Source of the DNA: a virus
Taxonomy: Duplodnaviria > Caudoviricetes
Reading direction: 5' to 3' (one strand)
DNA: 64,000 bases
Virus record (IMG/VR): IMGVR_UViG_3300033120_000845
Location: 68,414 to 132,413 of that record
This document shows positions 50,023-59,823 of this stretch, in pieces. Within the stretch, counting starts at the first letter, position 1, and the number at the start of each line of letters is the position of its first letter. Under the pieces are notes generated by a model, which made no database searches, was not told where the DNA came from, and saw only the letters and a program-made list of their open reading frames with translations. The position numbers and the translations under genes are program-made.

Positions 50023-50921
50023 TATATTGCTATTTCTAAATTTTTACTAAGTTTTTCAATTCCCCCTAAACCACTGATTTTAAAATCTTCCCATTTGTGC
50101 TCATAGAAATTCTTTGGTTCACAAATTAATTCCATTTTAGGTTGTAATCCTGTTGGTTCTCTGTCTAAAATCTCTTCCATTGCTTCTAAATGTCTGTCAT
50201 AAATATGTTCATTAAAAACAATATGTTGAAAATTTCTTACTTTATGCGTGATTTCTGTTTTGAAAGTTAGGTGGTTTGCTATCATCATTGCCAACATTAC
50301 ATATTCTGATGGGTTTATGGAAGCTGTCATTAATAAATCTCTGCTTCTTTGTGATAAATTAAAATCAATGTATCTAATATCACCGTCTTCTTCAATACTC
50401 CAATCAGTTCTGAAAGCACACGGTGGTAACGGTTTAGGTACTGAATTCAAATCTTCTTCTTGCCATAAATCTATTGTTAATCTACGACTTTCCCAATTGT
50501 GCTCCATATCGTAAAGAAGTTTATTCATTAAATCATATTTCTTTACAATATATCCATAGGTTTTTCCAATATCTGAATGAGTGTAAAACTTTTCTCCATT
50601 TTTTAATATCATGTAATTTTTTGTAACTATAAAATCTCTCCACCATGAATGAATACTTAGGTGAGCATCTTCAATAATATTTGACTGTTTTAGGTAAATC
50701 CACTCCATTTCGTAAAAACAGCCTTTTAATGCGGTTGTTCTTAAAGTGCTTATTGGAAACTCCCCTTTTAAAATATCATAATCATATACTCTTTGCCTCA
50801 CTTGTTTATAGTGTGCAGGAGTTCCGTCAGTCCATTTTGTTCTTGGGTTTTTACTCCATGTCCCTCTATATTTAATATCTAAAATGGTATTTTTTAAATA
50901 ATTATCTGCTTTGTTACTCAT
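50022..50921 (-). CDS. thyA: Thymidylate synthase (ThyA family)
   Basis: GKTYG, SRRL, LPPCAF, LSQRSRD, HIYDRH. Confidence 0.9.
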   Translation of the reverse strand: MSNKADNYLKNTILDIKYRGTWSKNPRTKWTDGTPAHYKQVRQRVYDYDILKGEFPISTLRTTALKGCFYEMEWIYLKQSNIIEDAHLSIHSWWRDFIVTKNYMILKNGEKFYTHSDIGKTYGYIVKKYDLMNKLLYDMEHNWESRRLTIDLWQEEDLNSVPKPLPPCAFRTDWSIEEDGDIRYIDFNLSQRSRDLLMTASINPSEYVMLAMMIANHLTFKTEITHKVRNFQHIVFNEHIYDRHLEAMEEILDREPTGLQPKMELICEPKNFYEHKWEDFKISGLGGIEKLSKNLEIAI

Positions 50922-51144
50922 TCTTTAATTTATCATTCATTACACTTAACTGACTTTCTGCTGCTGTTCTCATGTTGGAGTTCAGTTCTCTTAGTTTTTC
51001 TATTTCCGCCGAAATAAGATTAAAAACAACAGTTGATTTTCCCTCATCCAAAACAGAATCTAACTTTTCTTTAATTACTTCTAATCCTTCATCTATTAAA
51101 GGACAAGTCATTTTAAAATCAAGTTTTACATGTTCTATTTTCAT
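50914..51144 (-). CDS. Hypothetical coiled-coil protein, paralog of 45558-45800
   Basis: Clear nucleotide and protein similarity. Confidence 0.6.
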   Translation of the reverse strand: MKIEHVKLDFKMTCPLIDEGLEVIKEKLDSVLDEGKSTVVFNLISAEIEKLRELNSNMRTAAESQLSVMNDKLKNE

Positions 51145-51446
51145 AATTTACAAATTACATATCCCCCTAAAACCGCCAAAAGAATAAAAACAAAACTCCA
51201 CACAAACAGAATCTCTCTATTTAAAACAGTTTTATTTTCTATCTTCTCCAATTCTTTCATTTTTTCTCGCGCCAAAAAATAATCGTTAAAAGGAACTTCT
51301 CCTCCAATAAGTCCTATATATTTATGCCAAACACTTATATTACATATCCAATAGGTTTCTTGAATTAAATATTCTTCTTTGTTTTCAGTGATTTTTAGTA
51401 TCTCATACTCTTTTTTCGCGCGAATTTTATCCCAAAGTATTTTCAT
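51141..51446 (-). CDS. Hypothetical membrane protein
   Basis: C-terminal TM segment. Confidence 0.5.
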   Translation of the reverse strand: MKILWDKIRAKKEYEILKITENKEEYLIQETYWICNISVWHKYIGLIGGEVPFNDYFLAREKMKELEKIENKTVLNREILFVWSFVFILLAVLGGYVICKL

Positions 51447-51714
51447 AATCTTCTAAATAATTATCCTTATTAAACTTACTCATCCATTGTAATGTGTTTC
51501 TTTCACAGTTATTTTCAAAACTTTTTTCAGGAAATGAAGTTGTTTTATGAAAGTCATACCCATATTTACTTGCTTCAACCATGTCTTTTTCTGTGTAAAA
51601 ATTATTTTGCGCCCATTCCACAGCTAAAGAAATCATTTGGTCAAAGTTATCCTTTAATAGTGTATCGGGGTCAGGATGTACCTCGCCAATATATTTTATA
51701 AATTTATTGTTCAT
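51427..51714 (-). CDS. Hypothetical protein
   Basis: Packed ORF. Confidence 0.5.
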   Translation of the reverse strand: MNNKFIKYIGEVHPDPDTLLKDNFDQMISLAVEWAQNNFYTEKDMVEASKYGYDFHKTTSFPEKSFENNCERNTLQWMSKFNKDNYLEDYENTLG

Positions 51715-51716
51715 AA

Positions 51717-51983
51717 TTATTGGTTATATATAAGATTAAACTTCTCCAACTGTTCATTATAATAACTTAAAACACTTTCAGTATTTGATATTTGTCGCAA
51801 TAAAAGATACTTTAGATATCTCACCGCTTCTTCTTTAGTATCAAAACTTTTTACCCAATTTGTGTTTAAAGCCTCTCTATTTATTTCATTTATCCAATAA
51901 AAAGACAGAGACTTTTTTACATAACTTGTTTCCAAAATTTCTAAATTCATATCTGTACGAACTTGATAAATTTTATTTTCCAT
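51717..51983 (-). CDS. Hypothetical protein
   Basis: Packed ORF. Confidence 0.5.
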   Translation of the reverse strand: MENKIYQVRTDMNLEILETSYVKKSLSFYWINEINREALNTNWVKSFDTKEEAVRYLKYLLLRQISNTESVLSYYNEQLEKFNLIYNQ

Positions 51984-51985
51984 AA

Positions 51986-52312
51986 TTAAATTTTTTTACA
52001 ATTATACCACCCTTCTTTACTTTCAATAAATTTTCCAATACAATTAAAATATAATGAATTGTCTGAAAAATAATCTCTTTTATCAATTAATAATCCGTTA
52101 CATAATTTTATTTTCTTCTGTTCTATTTCTTTTATTAACTGTTTGTTTCCTTTCTCTTTTAATTCTTTTTCTCGAGAAAAAATAAAATCTAAAACTAATA
52201 ATTGTTTCATTATAAAAGGCTCAACATAATATTTCTCTTGTACAACCCTTGGTTCAGACTTAATAGCACTTCTAACTGTGAATTGGTATTTATCTAATAT
52301 TTTCATAGTCAT
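51986..52312 (-). CDS. Hypothetical protein
   Basis: Packed ORF. Confidence 0.5.
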   Translation of the reverse strand: MTMKILDKYQFTVRSAIKSEPRVVQEKYYVEPFIMKQLLVLDFIFSREKELKEKGNKQLIKEIEQKKIKLCNGLLIDKRDYFSDNSLYFNCIGKFIESKEGWYNCKKI

Positions 52313-52583
52313 CTTTAATTAAAAACTGATTACATCCAAAATCTTTCAAGGTAATTAACTCTGCTTTATAGTCTGACCCATCTTGAACAAAAGCCCTATC
52401 CTTCTTATTTTCTTCGCGCAAAACTCTAAAACAATCCCATGAATCTTCTACTTCTTCATCTGTCCATTCTGTAGATTCCCAAAACATTTTAACTCTTGTG
52501 CACAGCCCTGTTTTCATATTTTTAATTGGACGACTGTCGGTAACTTCCCAAAATTTACAATTTAAACATATATTTCTTTCCAT
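52290..52583 (-). CDS. Hypothetical Cys-containing protein
   Basis: CLNCKFW..GLC..FGC; start moved to MERNIC, downstream of a -7 promoter element near 52603. Confidence 0.5.
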   Translation of the reverse strand: MERNICLNCKFWEVTDSRPIKNMKTGLCTRVKMFWESTEWTDEEVEDSWDCFRVLREENKKDRAFVQDGSDYKAELITLKDFGCNQFLIKDDYENIR

Positions 52584-52842
52584 AACTTTTATTTTTCTTT
52601 TACAAATATACAATTTTCGCGCGGAATAAAAAAGAAAGTTCAAATAAATTTTCACAAAAACAGAAGAAAAAATACTAATTTAAATTAAATCTAAATTACG
52701 AATGTTAATGAGTGGACAAAAGAAAACCCCACTAAAAGCAATCTTGCGATTATTAATAATGGGGTTAGTTTGATTATAAAAATCCTTTTAAAAATAAAGT
52801 GAGAATCCAATCCTCACGTCCGAGGTAACTGTACATGTCTTA

Positions 52843-54969
52843 TTACTTAATTGGGCAAGCTCCATTGTCACATCCACCTAATTCTTCAAAGTCTTCTTCT
52901 TTCAATTCTACAGAAGTAATAGGTTTAACTTTTGAAGACATTTCTAAATACTGTGCTTCTGTAATAGGTTCAAAAGGTGCTTGTTGAAAACCATGTCCTG
53001 AGTATAATAAGAAGCTTAAAGTTTTAAAATTGTCTTTAAAATTATCTTCTAAATACTGTTTTAATACAGGTAACTCTTCTTTCTTATAATAAGCTGTAAC
53101 AGACACTGAATTATCTGACCAATTTTTCTGCATAAATTTAACCTTTTCAAGTTGCTCAAAAACAGTCATATCATCAGCAGAAATTGTTCCGTCAGGGTAT
53201 TTACAAGGAAACTCTACAACCATTGTGCTCCTATCGTCTGTCCCATCAAAATTCTTTTGAGGCTCTACGTGATACCCGTTAGCTCTACAAACATCGATTA
53301 ATGGAGACCCTGATTGCATTCTGATTCTTCTAATATAATACTGCCCTGATGTTGCGGGATGTACGCCTGAAGTACACCCTGCTAATAAAGACAGAGACCC
53401 ACTTGGCTTAACTGTTGTTAATTTAATACTTGCATTGAATCCCATAGCTTTAGAATATTCTTTATCATAAGCTCTTAAATATTTATAGCAACCATCTAAC
53501 CAACTAAGCTGTTTATCTGTACACATCATTACACCTGTAATACCAATACCCATACGCATATTCTTATGTACGATATCTTCTGTATCTTTTTGGTGACAAC
53601 TTAATGCCAGAGAGTGTTTATTAACTCTATACAACATAGTAGCTACTTTCAATAATTCTTCATACGAAGTGATATTAGGTAAGTAAATTTCAGCTAGGCA
53701 GCATGTTTCAAAACTAGCTAAAGATTGTTCCGCACCAAATTTGTTACTCTACTAATAGAGGATAAGTCATTTCTGCTTATCTCTGCAATTTCAGTTTGTT
53801 ATATTTGCAGTTCGGACTATACCACCTTCTCATTGAGAAGCCCCTTGGTAGTCTCTGAGGGCTTGCATTTCTGCCTATCCCTGCTGATTATCCTCTTCAG
53901 GACTTCCCAGCATATTCAGGGTTATTCGTAATACATCGCTGTATTAAGCCGCTAGCGTTAACGGATTGTATCCTTCCACATCAGGGTCAGGGTATTCATA
54001 TTCTCCTAATCTACCTACTTTCCTAGATAACTCTAAATTAATTAAACCGTAAGGCTCTCCTTGTTCATAAGTATCCCAAAATTCTTGAGGTAAATCTTTA
54101 ACATCTTGTACATCAATAGAATTGTTAGACATTGCTCTCCAATTAGGTACATTACCTAAATCCCATCTTTTAGCTTTTAAATATTCTAAATCATCATAAT
54201 CGCCAATAGCTATTTGAGCACTTCTTCTGATATTTCCTGCGACTACAATCATACCAATGATATTCATAATATCTAAACAGTCTATGGGTCTTAATTGCTT
54301 TCCTCTTCTCTTATCTAACACACCTTGTATTAAATCAATACCCTCTACTAAAATACTCGCTCCTGAAGAAACTCCTCCAAAGCCTTTAATTAATTCTCCT
54401 TTTCCTCTGATTAATTGAGTACTGTAAGTAAAACTTTCTCCTGAATAAAAATAAGACTTTAAAACTTTCCCTAATAATTTAACCCACCCTTCTCGTGTAT
54501 CAGGAACGATAAAATCAGCTTGTTTATCATCGAGCCTTACTATTTTTGGTTTTTTCTTTTGTAATTTAGGTAGCTTATATACGTGCTCTTTTTTAATTGA
54601 GTAACCTACCCCTGAACCCAACATAAGCATGTCCATCGCCCAAGTGAAAGGTTTAATTGGATTATCAATAACAACAAAAGCACAATTTTGTAAAGAGGGT
54701 AATCCTAATCGGTCAACTGTTTCTGTACCCAATTGCCACATAAATCTCCCCGCTACCGAGCCTTTCATATTGTGGCGCATATCCCTATAGAATTCTTTCT
54801 CTTCAGGTAATAAATTTAATTTTAATTGTTTTTCAATACCTTTTAACTCTCTTTCAACTGTGTCTGAGAATTCCTCTGTTGTTCCATCTTTTTTTGTTCT
54901 TGCATACGTCCTCTTGTAGGTAATGTAGCCGAGCTCACCCCATTTAACGGGTCTTTTTTCAATTTCCAT
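52843..54969 (-). CDS. nrdJ: Class II (adenosylcobalamin-dependent, monomeric RTPR-type) ribonucleotide reductase; exons 54969-53961 and 53735-52843
   Basis: TYKRTY, LQNCAF, GSGVG, VVAGNIRRSA; spliced NPCAEQ; TTVKPSG; DNSVSVT; C-terminal CDNGACPIK; joined length 633 aa. Confidence 0.9.
53736..53960 (-). ncRNA. Group I self-splicing intron (225 nt, no ORF)
   Basis: 5' exon ends in U, intron ends in G; P1 CCGU/GCGG; P ATGCTGGGAA, Q AATCAGCAG, R CTCAGAGACTAC, S GGTATAGTCC; removal restores AAT CCG T|GT GCG GAA (NPCAE). Confidence 0.92.
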
Positions 54970-55010
54970 TTTCTGCTTATATATTTATTTAATTTAGTTA
55001 CTTTTTTAGT

Positions 55011-55044
55011 TAAAAAACGCCCCAAAGAAATTCATCTGAGGGGC
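55011..55044 (-). terminator. Terminator-like hairpin upstream of nrdJ
   Basis: Minus strand GCCCCTCAGA...TTTGGGGC followed by GTTTTTT. Confidence 0.55.
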
Positions 55045-55180
55045 ATTATTGTTTTCTCATCTTTAAATTACTGAGAATTTGTTTTAGGAATCTCTGTTCC
55101 TTTTATTTTTTTACGGCGATGCTCCTTTGTAAAGGACTGTTCATGTCGTAGCTATCTCGGACAGCTTTTTATTTCTTATG

Positions 55181-55211
55181 CAAATATACAACTATTATTT
55201 TAATCCCACAA
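55181..55211 (-). promoter_or_regulatory. Bacteroidota-type promoter
   Basis: TTG-N20-TATATTTG. Confidence 0.7.
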
Positions 55212-55258
55212 ATAAATTAGTTCATTAAAAATATTTCTGTGGTTGTGAGGTTTTTTAT

Positions 55259-55564
55259 CTATTCCCAATTGCGATATTTACTTTTAAATTCTTTTAAAAT
55301 TTCTAAAGTTTCTTTTTGTACCTCTAACATCTCTACTATTTGAGGAAGAATTATTTGTTTTAAATCAGTATACTTCTCTAATGCTTGAGCTACAGTTGGG
55401 AAATAAAATCTCTCTTCTGCTGTGTATTCTGTTTCTAATCCTTCTTTACTAATTCTTTTTTGCGGAAAATGTTGTACTAAGCAAACCCCTCTTCCCCCGT
55501 CTGTCTTTAGATAATGAGATTTGTCTATTATAATTTTATCTGTTTTTTTAAATAAGTTGTTCAT
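55259..55564 (-). CDS. Hypothetical protein
   Basis: 101-aa ORF. Confidence 0.5.
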   Translation of the reverse strand: MNNLFKKTDKIIIDKSHYLKTDGGRGVCLVQHFPQKRISKEGLETEYTAEERFYFPTVAQALEKYTDLKQIILPQIVEMLEVQKETLEILKEFKSKYRNWE

Positions 55565-55823
55565 GTTTTGTGTATTTTATTGTTTCTGTTTCTATCCAAA
55601 AATGTTTGTGCTTTTGGTCATCATAATCGAAAATCTCACTCCTGATAAATTCTACAAAATCTAAATCAACCTCACCAAATTCATAAACTGTTAATTCAAA
55701 AGAGTCTTCATCCTCATACTTTGATAGATTTTCAATGATGTCTTTAACTAAAACTCCGTTGTGTCTTTCCATGAATTCTAAAGCGTCATAGTCGCCGTAA
55801 TTACTTAAATAGAGTACTCTCAT
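55548..55823 (-). CDS. Hypothetical protein
   Basis: Likely start MRVLYL. Confidence 0.5.
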   Translation of the reverse strand: MRVLYLSNYGDYDALEFMERHNGVLVKDIIENLSKYEDEDSFELTVYEFGEVDLDFVEFIRSEIFDYDDQKHKHFWIETETIKYTKHEQLI

Positions 55824-56376
55824 ATTTATTTTTAATTTTTTCCGCAAATAAAAAAGAAACAGAAGATAATTTACTCAAACAATAAAACGTTTTTCGTGCG
55901 CCTATACCTTAGAGCAGTAAAGTAAACTATTTTTAGAGCAACTTCTGTTTAATCTACAACTTACAAGATAGCTTCTCTTGTCAATCACTTTGTTGTCAGC
56001 TTTGTGGAGAAATGGAGCATCGACTTCCCTTACCACTTCCTGCCCTCGATATTACGCAAGCACAGTACAAATCCCCCTTTTTTATAAAACCTACCTAATT
56101 ATGCCACCAAAAATAAACACTATCATTCATAAGCTACGAACTTACAAAATCAATCTCCTACATATCAGAGCATAAGGATGTTTATTTCTAACTTAAAACT
56201 ATTACTTGGCTTGTGATGTAATATTGTAACTATTATTTACCTTTAATATCCTAGTATACCACGGAAATATTACTTGTTTCTTGTTAGTTAGATAGGTTTT
56301 GTTTTTCCCACCACATGTTTTTGAGTTTCAAACTTTTTATTACTAATTAGTTTTTTGTGGTGAGAATAGTTTTAAC

Positions 56377-56586
56377 TTATTCAAACACTTTTTTGTACAC
56401 TTCACTTATTCCTACTCCTGCAAAAAATGCTAAAACATAAACACTTATAGTAGCTAATATTTTAAATGTTGGGTCGTAAATAGACTCTCTTTTTTCAATG
56501 TATTACCAACTTTCAGGCATAAAAAACGGATAGAAAATCAATACCACTGTAAGTATTGAAAATAATAACACTTTAAATTTTTTCAT
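56377..56586 (-). pseudogene. Small two-TM membrane protein interrupted by an in-frame TAA at 56503-56505
   Basis: MKKFKVLLFSILTVVLIFYPFFMPESW*YIEKRESIYDPTFKILATISVYVLAFFAGVGISEVYKKVFE; directly after a promoter. Confidence 0.5.
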
Positions 56587-56608
56587 AGTTTTCTTTATTT
56601 TTCTTTTA

Positions 56609-56639
56609 CAAATATATAAATAATTTATTTAATGTGCAA
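56609..56639 (-). promoter_or_regulatory. Bacteroidota-type promoter
   Basis: TTGCAC start; TTG-N20-TATATTTG. Confidence 0.7.
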
Positions 56640-56651
56640 GAGAAAATTGAT

Positions 56652-57362
56652 TTATTTTTTGAAATATTTTTTATAAACAGAAAAATACTCTGCTATTTCT
56701 TTACATACAGATACTACCTCATTCCTTAAATATTCCTCCACATCCTCTTTTCTATACGGAGTTGGTATGTAGTCAATCTTCCCTGTTAATCTAAGGCAAT
56801 TTTTATCTCCTATCTGTAAATTGTTTCCTTTTCGGTCTAAGTGATTAACTTGACAACCTCCAATACTGAAACCTTCTAATTCTCTTTGATATGCATATAT
56901 ACGAGTTTGATAATATTTTTTCATGTCCCCATATTTTTCCATCATACTTTTAGAAGCTCCTGTCTTTAAATCCTCAATCCACCTTAAACCTTCACTATCA
57001 TATTCGTGGTCGCTGAATCCTTGCAAAACGCAATCTTTCAACCCGAACGGCTCTAAGTCAATCACTACTTCCGCCTCGAACTTAGAAGAATCATGTTTTA
57101 ATAAAGTGTCAATCGTTTTCATATCAAAATCTGACAAATTATCATCTTTTTCGCCGTCAGAAAAATAAGTTCCGACAAGATTTCCAAAAAAAGCAAACAT
57201 TCCACTTTTTGAAGGTATCCCTAAAAAATAACCTTGGACATATTGCTCTTTATATTCTTTAAAAGAGTTTAACTGAGAATAGCTTATTTTGTACTTATTT
57301 TTATGTTGAGGGTAATTACCTAACTCGTTTTCATATTTCTTAGGTAGCTCTATTTTTTCCAC
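56652..57362 (-). CDS. PD-(D/E)xK nuclease (RecB/Cas4-like fold)
   Basis: ISYSQL; FEAEV; QGFSD; IEDLKTG; YQTRIYAY. Confidence 0.75.
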   Translation of the reverse strand: MEKIELPKKYENELGNYPQHKNKYKISYSQLNSFKEYKEQYVQGYFLGIPSKSGMFAFFGNLVGTYFSDGEKDDNLSDFDMKTIDTLLKHDSSKFEAEVVIDLEPFGLKDCVLQGFSDHEYDSEGLRWIEDLKTGASKSMMEKYGDMKKYYQTRIYAYQRELEGFSIGGCQVNHLDRKGNNLQIGDKNCLRLTGKIDYIPTPYRKEDVEEYLRNEVVSVCKEIAEYFSVYKKYFKK

Positions 57363-58300
57363 AATTCTTCTTTTAGTTGTTCTATAATTTGGTCAATTTC
57401 TTTTTGATTAATCACTTTCCCGAAATTTGGGTCTATTTCAGCTAAAGATGCCCTAATCAAATTTAAAATAATCTCTTTATCCTTCTCACTTCCTTTCTTT
57501 TTGTCGAAAATTTTCTTAAAGGTTTCTTTTGATTCTCTTGTAATTTTTTTCACAAGAGCTATTTTCTGTAATAAAGGTAATTCAATAGCCGCTACCTCTC
57601 CTTCCAATTCCACTACATTTGAAACTACCTCTTTTAACGGTTGTTCTCCTTCTGCTTTTCTGTGGATGTTAACCATAGCTATTATTTCGTTGATAGAACT
57701 TCTGTCCAGTTCGTTTTCGCCGCCCTCAGATTTATATGTGGTATAAACATCTTCCCCATCAACAAAATCCGCAGGTAAATTATAAATATAAGCCCATTCC
57801 GCTAAAGAATTAGAGAACCATGAGCATCCCTTTAAATAAGATTGCAAGTCTAAGCAAGTTAAGCTCCAAGGCTTTTTTCCAAAATGTTGTAAATCCTTTG
57901 GATAATCGCTTAAAATGCCATTTTTAGAAGCTCTTGTTGTAATAAATGGTAGTGAGAAATCTGCGTTCCACACAACTGTCTTAAAACCTTTAAAACGGTC
58001 TTCGTTGTACAGATTTAAGAACCTTTGTATAATTTCTTTTTCGCCGCCTTTTAAAACTAAAGTAGAAATAACACCATCTTCTTTACAATACGCAATAGTA
58101 ATACTGTAAATTTTAGCGAATAAAGGATTTTTACTTGACTCTTTATAATATTTCTGATAAGTTTCTGCTTCTGTTAATGGTGTATTTGTATTAAAATCTT
58201 TACCATACTTATTTTTAAATAAAGCAAATTCTTGTGAATCTACTTTAATATCTTCCGTATTAGGAATACTTGTTATTTTAATGTATATATTTTTTTCCAT
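57350..58300 (-). CDS. PolB-type 3'-5' exonuclease-like protein, apparently lacking catalytic acidic residues
   Basis: NPLFAKIYSI..GEKEIIQRF..VVWNADFSLPFI..RA..KPW...LDL; IKITSI where FDIET is expected. Confidence 0.5.
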   Translation of the reverse strand: MEKNIYIKITSIPNTEDIKVDSQEFALFKNKYGKDFNTNTPLTEAETYQKYYKESSKNPLFAKIYSITIAYCKEDGVISTLVLKGGEKEIIQRFLNLYNEDRFKGFKTVVWNADFSLPFITTRASKNGILSDYPKDLQHFGKKPWSLTCLDLQSYLKGCSWFSNSLAEWAYIYNLPADFVDGEDVYTTYKSEGGENELDRSSINEIIAMVNIHRKAEGEQPLKEVVSNVVELEGEVAAIELPLLQKIALVKKITRESKETFKKIFDKKKGSEKDKEIILNLIRASLAEIDPNFGKVINQKEIDQIIEQLKEELWKK

Positions 58301-58302
58301 AC

Positions 58303-58713
58303 CTACAAATTTCTCGAATTTTTATATTGCTCTTTGAATTTAACTACAGCTTCTTTTAAATCTTCAGCTCTTAAAAAGCAGAGGCGCGTACTAACACCAG
58401 AAAAAGCGTGGTAATTAATGCAGTCGTCGTAAGCGAAGTTTTTTCCTAAATAAAAATAAGGGTAGTACTTTCTTTGATTGGTATTATCCCAATCACATTT
58501 AACTCCTTTGTTATAAAAGTTCACAATCATTCTCTCCACTTCTTGAAATTTTGCAAACTCTGAAACATTTTTATAAAGTTCTTCAAAAGCTCCTTCTGTA
58601 GTATTATGATACGTATAAACTTCATCCATTGGATTTTGTTTTTTAGCGTTTTCAATTAGCTCGTTTAATTCTGACAAAGAAAATTCTTTACCATTGATAT
58701 TAATTTTTTCCAT
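58303..58713 (-). CDS. DGR target protein 1 (136 aa)
   Basis: Contains VR1 encoding FAYDDCINYHAFSGVSTRLC. Confidence 0.85.
   Translation of the reverse strand: MEKININGKEFSLSELNELIENAKKQNPMDEVYTYHNTTEGAFEELYKNVSEFAKFQEVERMIVNFYNKGVKCDWDNTNQRKYYPYFYLGKNFAYDDCINYHAFSGVSTRLCFLRAEDLKEAVVKFKEQYKNSRNL
58379..58438 (-). repeat. DGR variable repeat VR1
   Basis: 10 mismatches to TR in 60 nt, all at TR adenines. Confidence 0.92.
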
Positions 58714-59645
58714 AATATTTTTCTGTTAAATTTATTGAATCACAAGCAGATAACCAGCCTTTATAAGATGGTAACGACTTAAGATTATTCCTCTTCTTTA
58801 TAAATTTTTTCTTAATTGTTTTTCTTAATAATGTATGTGTATGATAGTGTTTGAATCCTAAAAAGTCAATTCCGCGTTTTTCAACAGGAAATACTTGATA
58901 ACTTTTATTTATTTCTAAATTTAACTCTTTTAACTTAACTCTCATTTTAAATAAAACTTCGTGTAGGGACTCTTTACTGTTTGATAAAATAACTAAATCA
59001 TCGCAGTACCTGAAGTAATATCTGATTTTTAATTCTTGTTTTAAATAGTGGTCAAAATCATTTAAATATACGTTAGCTAATATTTGGCTTAATAAGTTAC
59101 CAAGAGGTAGTCCTTTAGCAGAGTCTATAATCTCGTCTAATAATTTTAAAGTCGGTTTACATTTTATTTTTCGCCTAATTTTAGTTTTTAATATTTCATT
59201 ATTTATTGAAGGATAGAATTTTTTAATGTCTATTTTTAAACAAAATTTTGTACCATCGATGTCTTTCAAAACCCTTCTTAAATTATAAGAACATTTATGA
59301 ACACCTCTTCCTTTTATCGAACTATAAGTGTCAGCAACAAATGTTGGTGTGAATATAGATTCAATTTGTAAATATATCCCCCAATGCATAATCCTGTCAG
59401 GGATAATAAGGTAACCTTGAAATTACTCTATGTTTAGGTTCAAAAATTTCAAAGTCATTATAGTGTGAAGTTTTGTATTCTCCATTAATTAATATATTAT
59501 TTAAATGTAATATATTTTGTTCTTCGTTTTCAAGATGTATTTTAACCCCTTTCTGCTTTAGTTTCCCCCTTCTTGCTCGTTTATCTGCCTGTTTTAAATT
59601 TTCTATACTAATAATCTTACTATAAATATTTCCTGTTCTTCTCAT
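58700..59645 (-). CDS. DGR reverse transcriptase, split by a +1 frameshift at 59397-59402 (joined length about 314 aa)
   Basis: EPKHRVISRLPYYP|DRIMH; KIDIKKFYPSI; GLPLGNLLSQ; YFRYCDD; IDFLGF. Confidence 0.92.
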
Positions 59646-59747
59646 ACTCTGTTTAAGAAGGTTGTTTTCGATTACTCTACTAACAACCTATTAAGGCTTC
59701 TTTTTATTTTTCACCATGTTGGTGAGGTTAATATACTTTTTAAATAA

Positions 59748-59808
59748 ACATAGGTGCGTACTAACATCAGAATTAGTGTTGTAATTATTGTAGTCGTTGT
59801 AAGCGAAG
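59748..59808 (-). repeat. DGR template repeat TR (non-coding)
   Basis: CTTCGCTTACAACGACTACAATAATTACAACACTAATTCTGATGTTAGTACGCACCTATGT, AAY-rich; hairpin TCACCA-TGT-TGGTGA at 59711-59725 between TR and RT. Confidence 0.92.
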
Positions 59809-59823
59809 GGTGCTACAACTATA

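Noticed and set aside
53725-53931. 68-aa plus-strand ORF in the RNR gap
   Set aside because: It is antisense to the group I intron core, not an intron-encoded protein.
56002-56077. tRNA gene on the minus strand
   Set aside because: Length and ends are suggestive, but I could not build proper D, anticodon or T arms, and there is no TTCGA motif or CCA end.
58700-59645. Group II intron or retron RT
   Set aside because: Short RT with an LGNLLSQ motif, no maturase domain, and TR/VR pairs with adenine-only mismatches identify a DGR.
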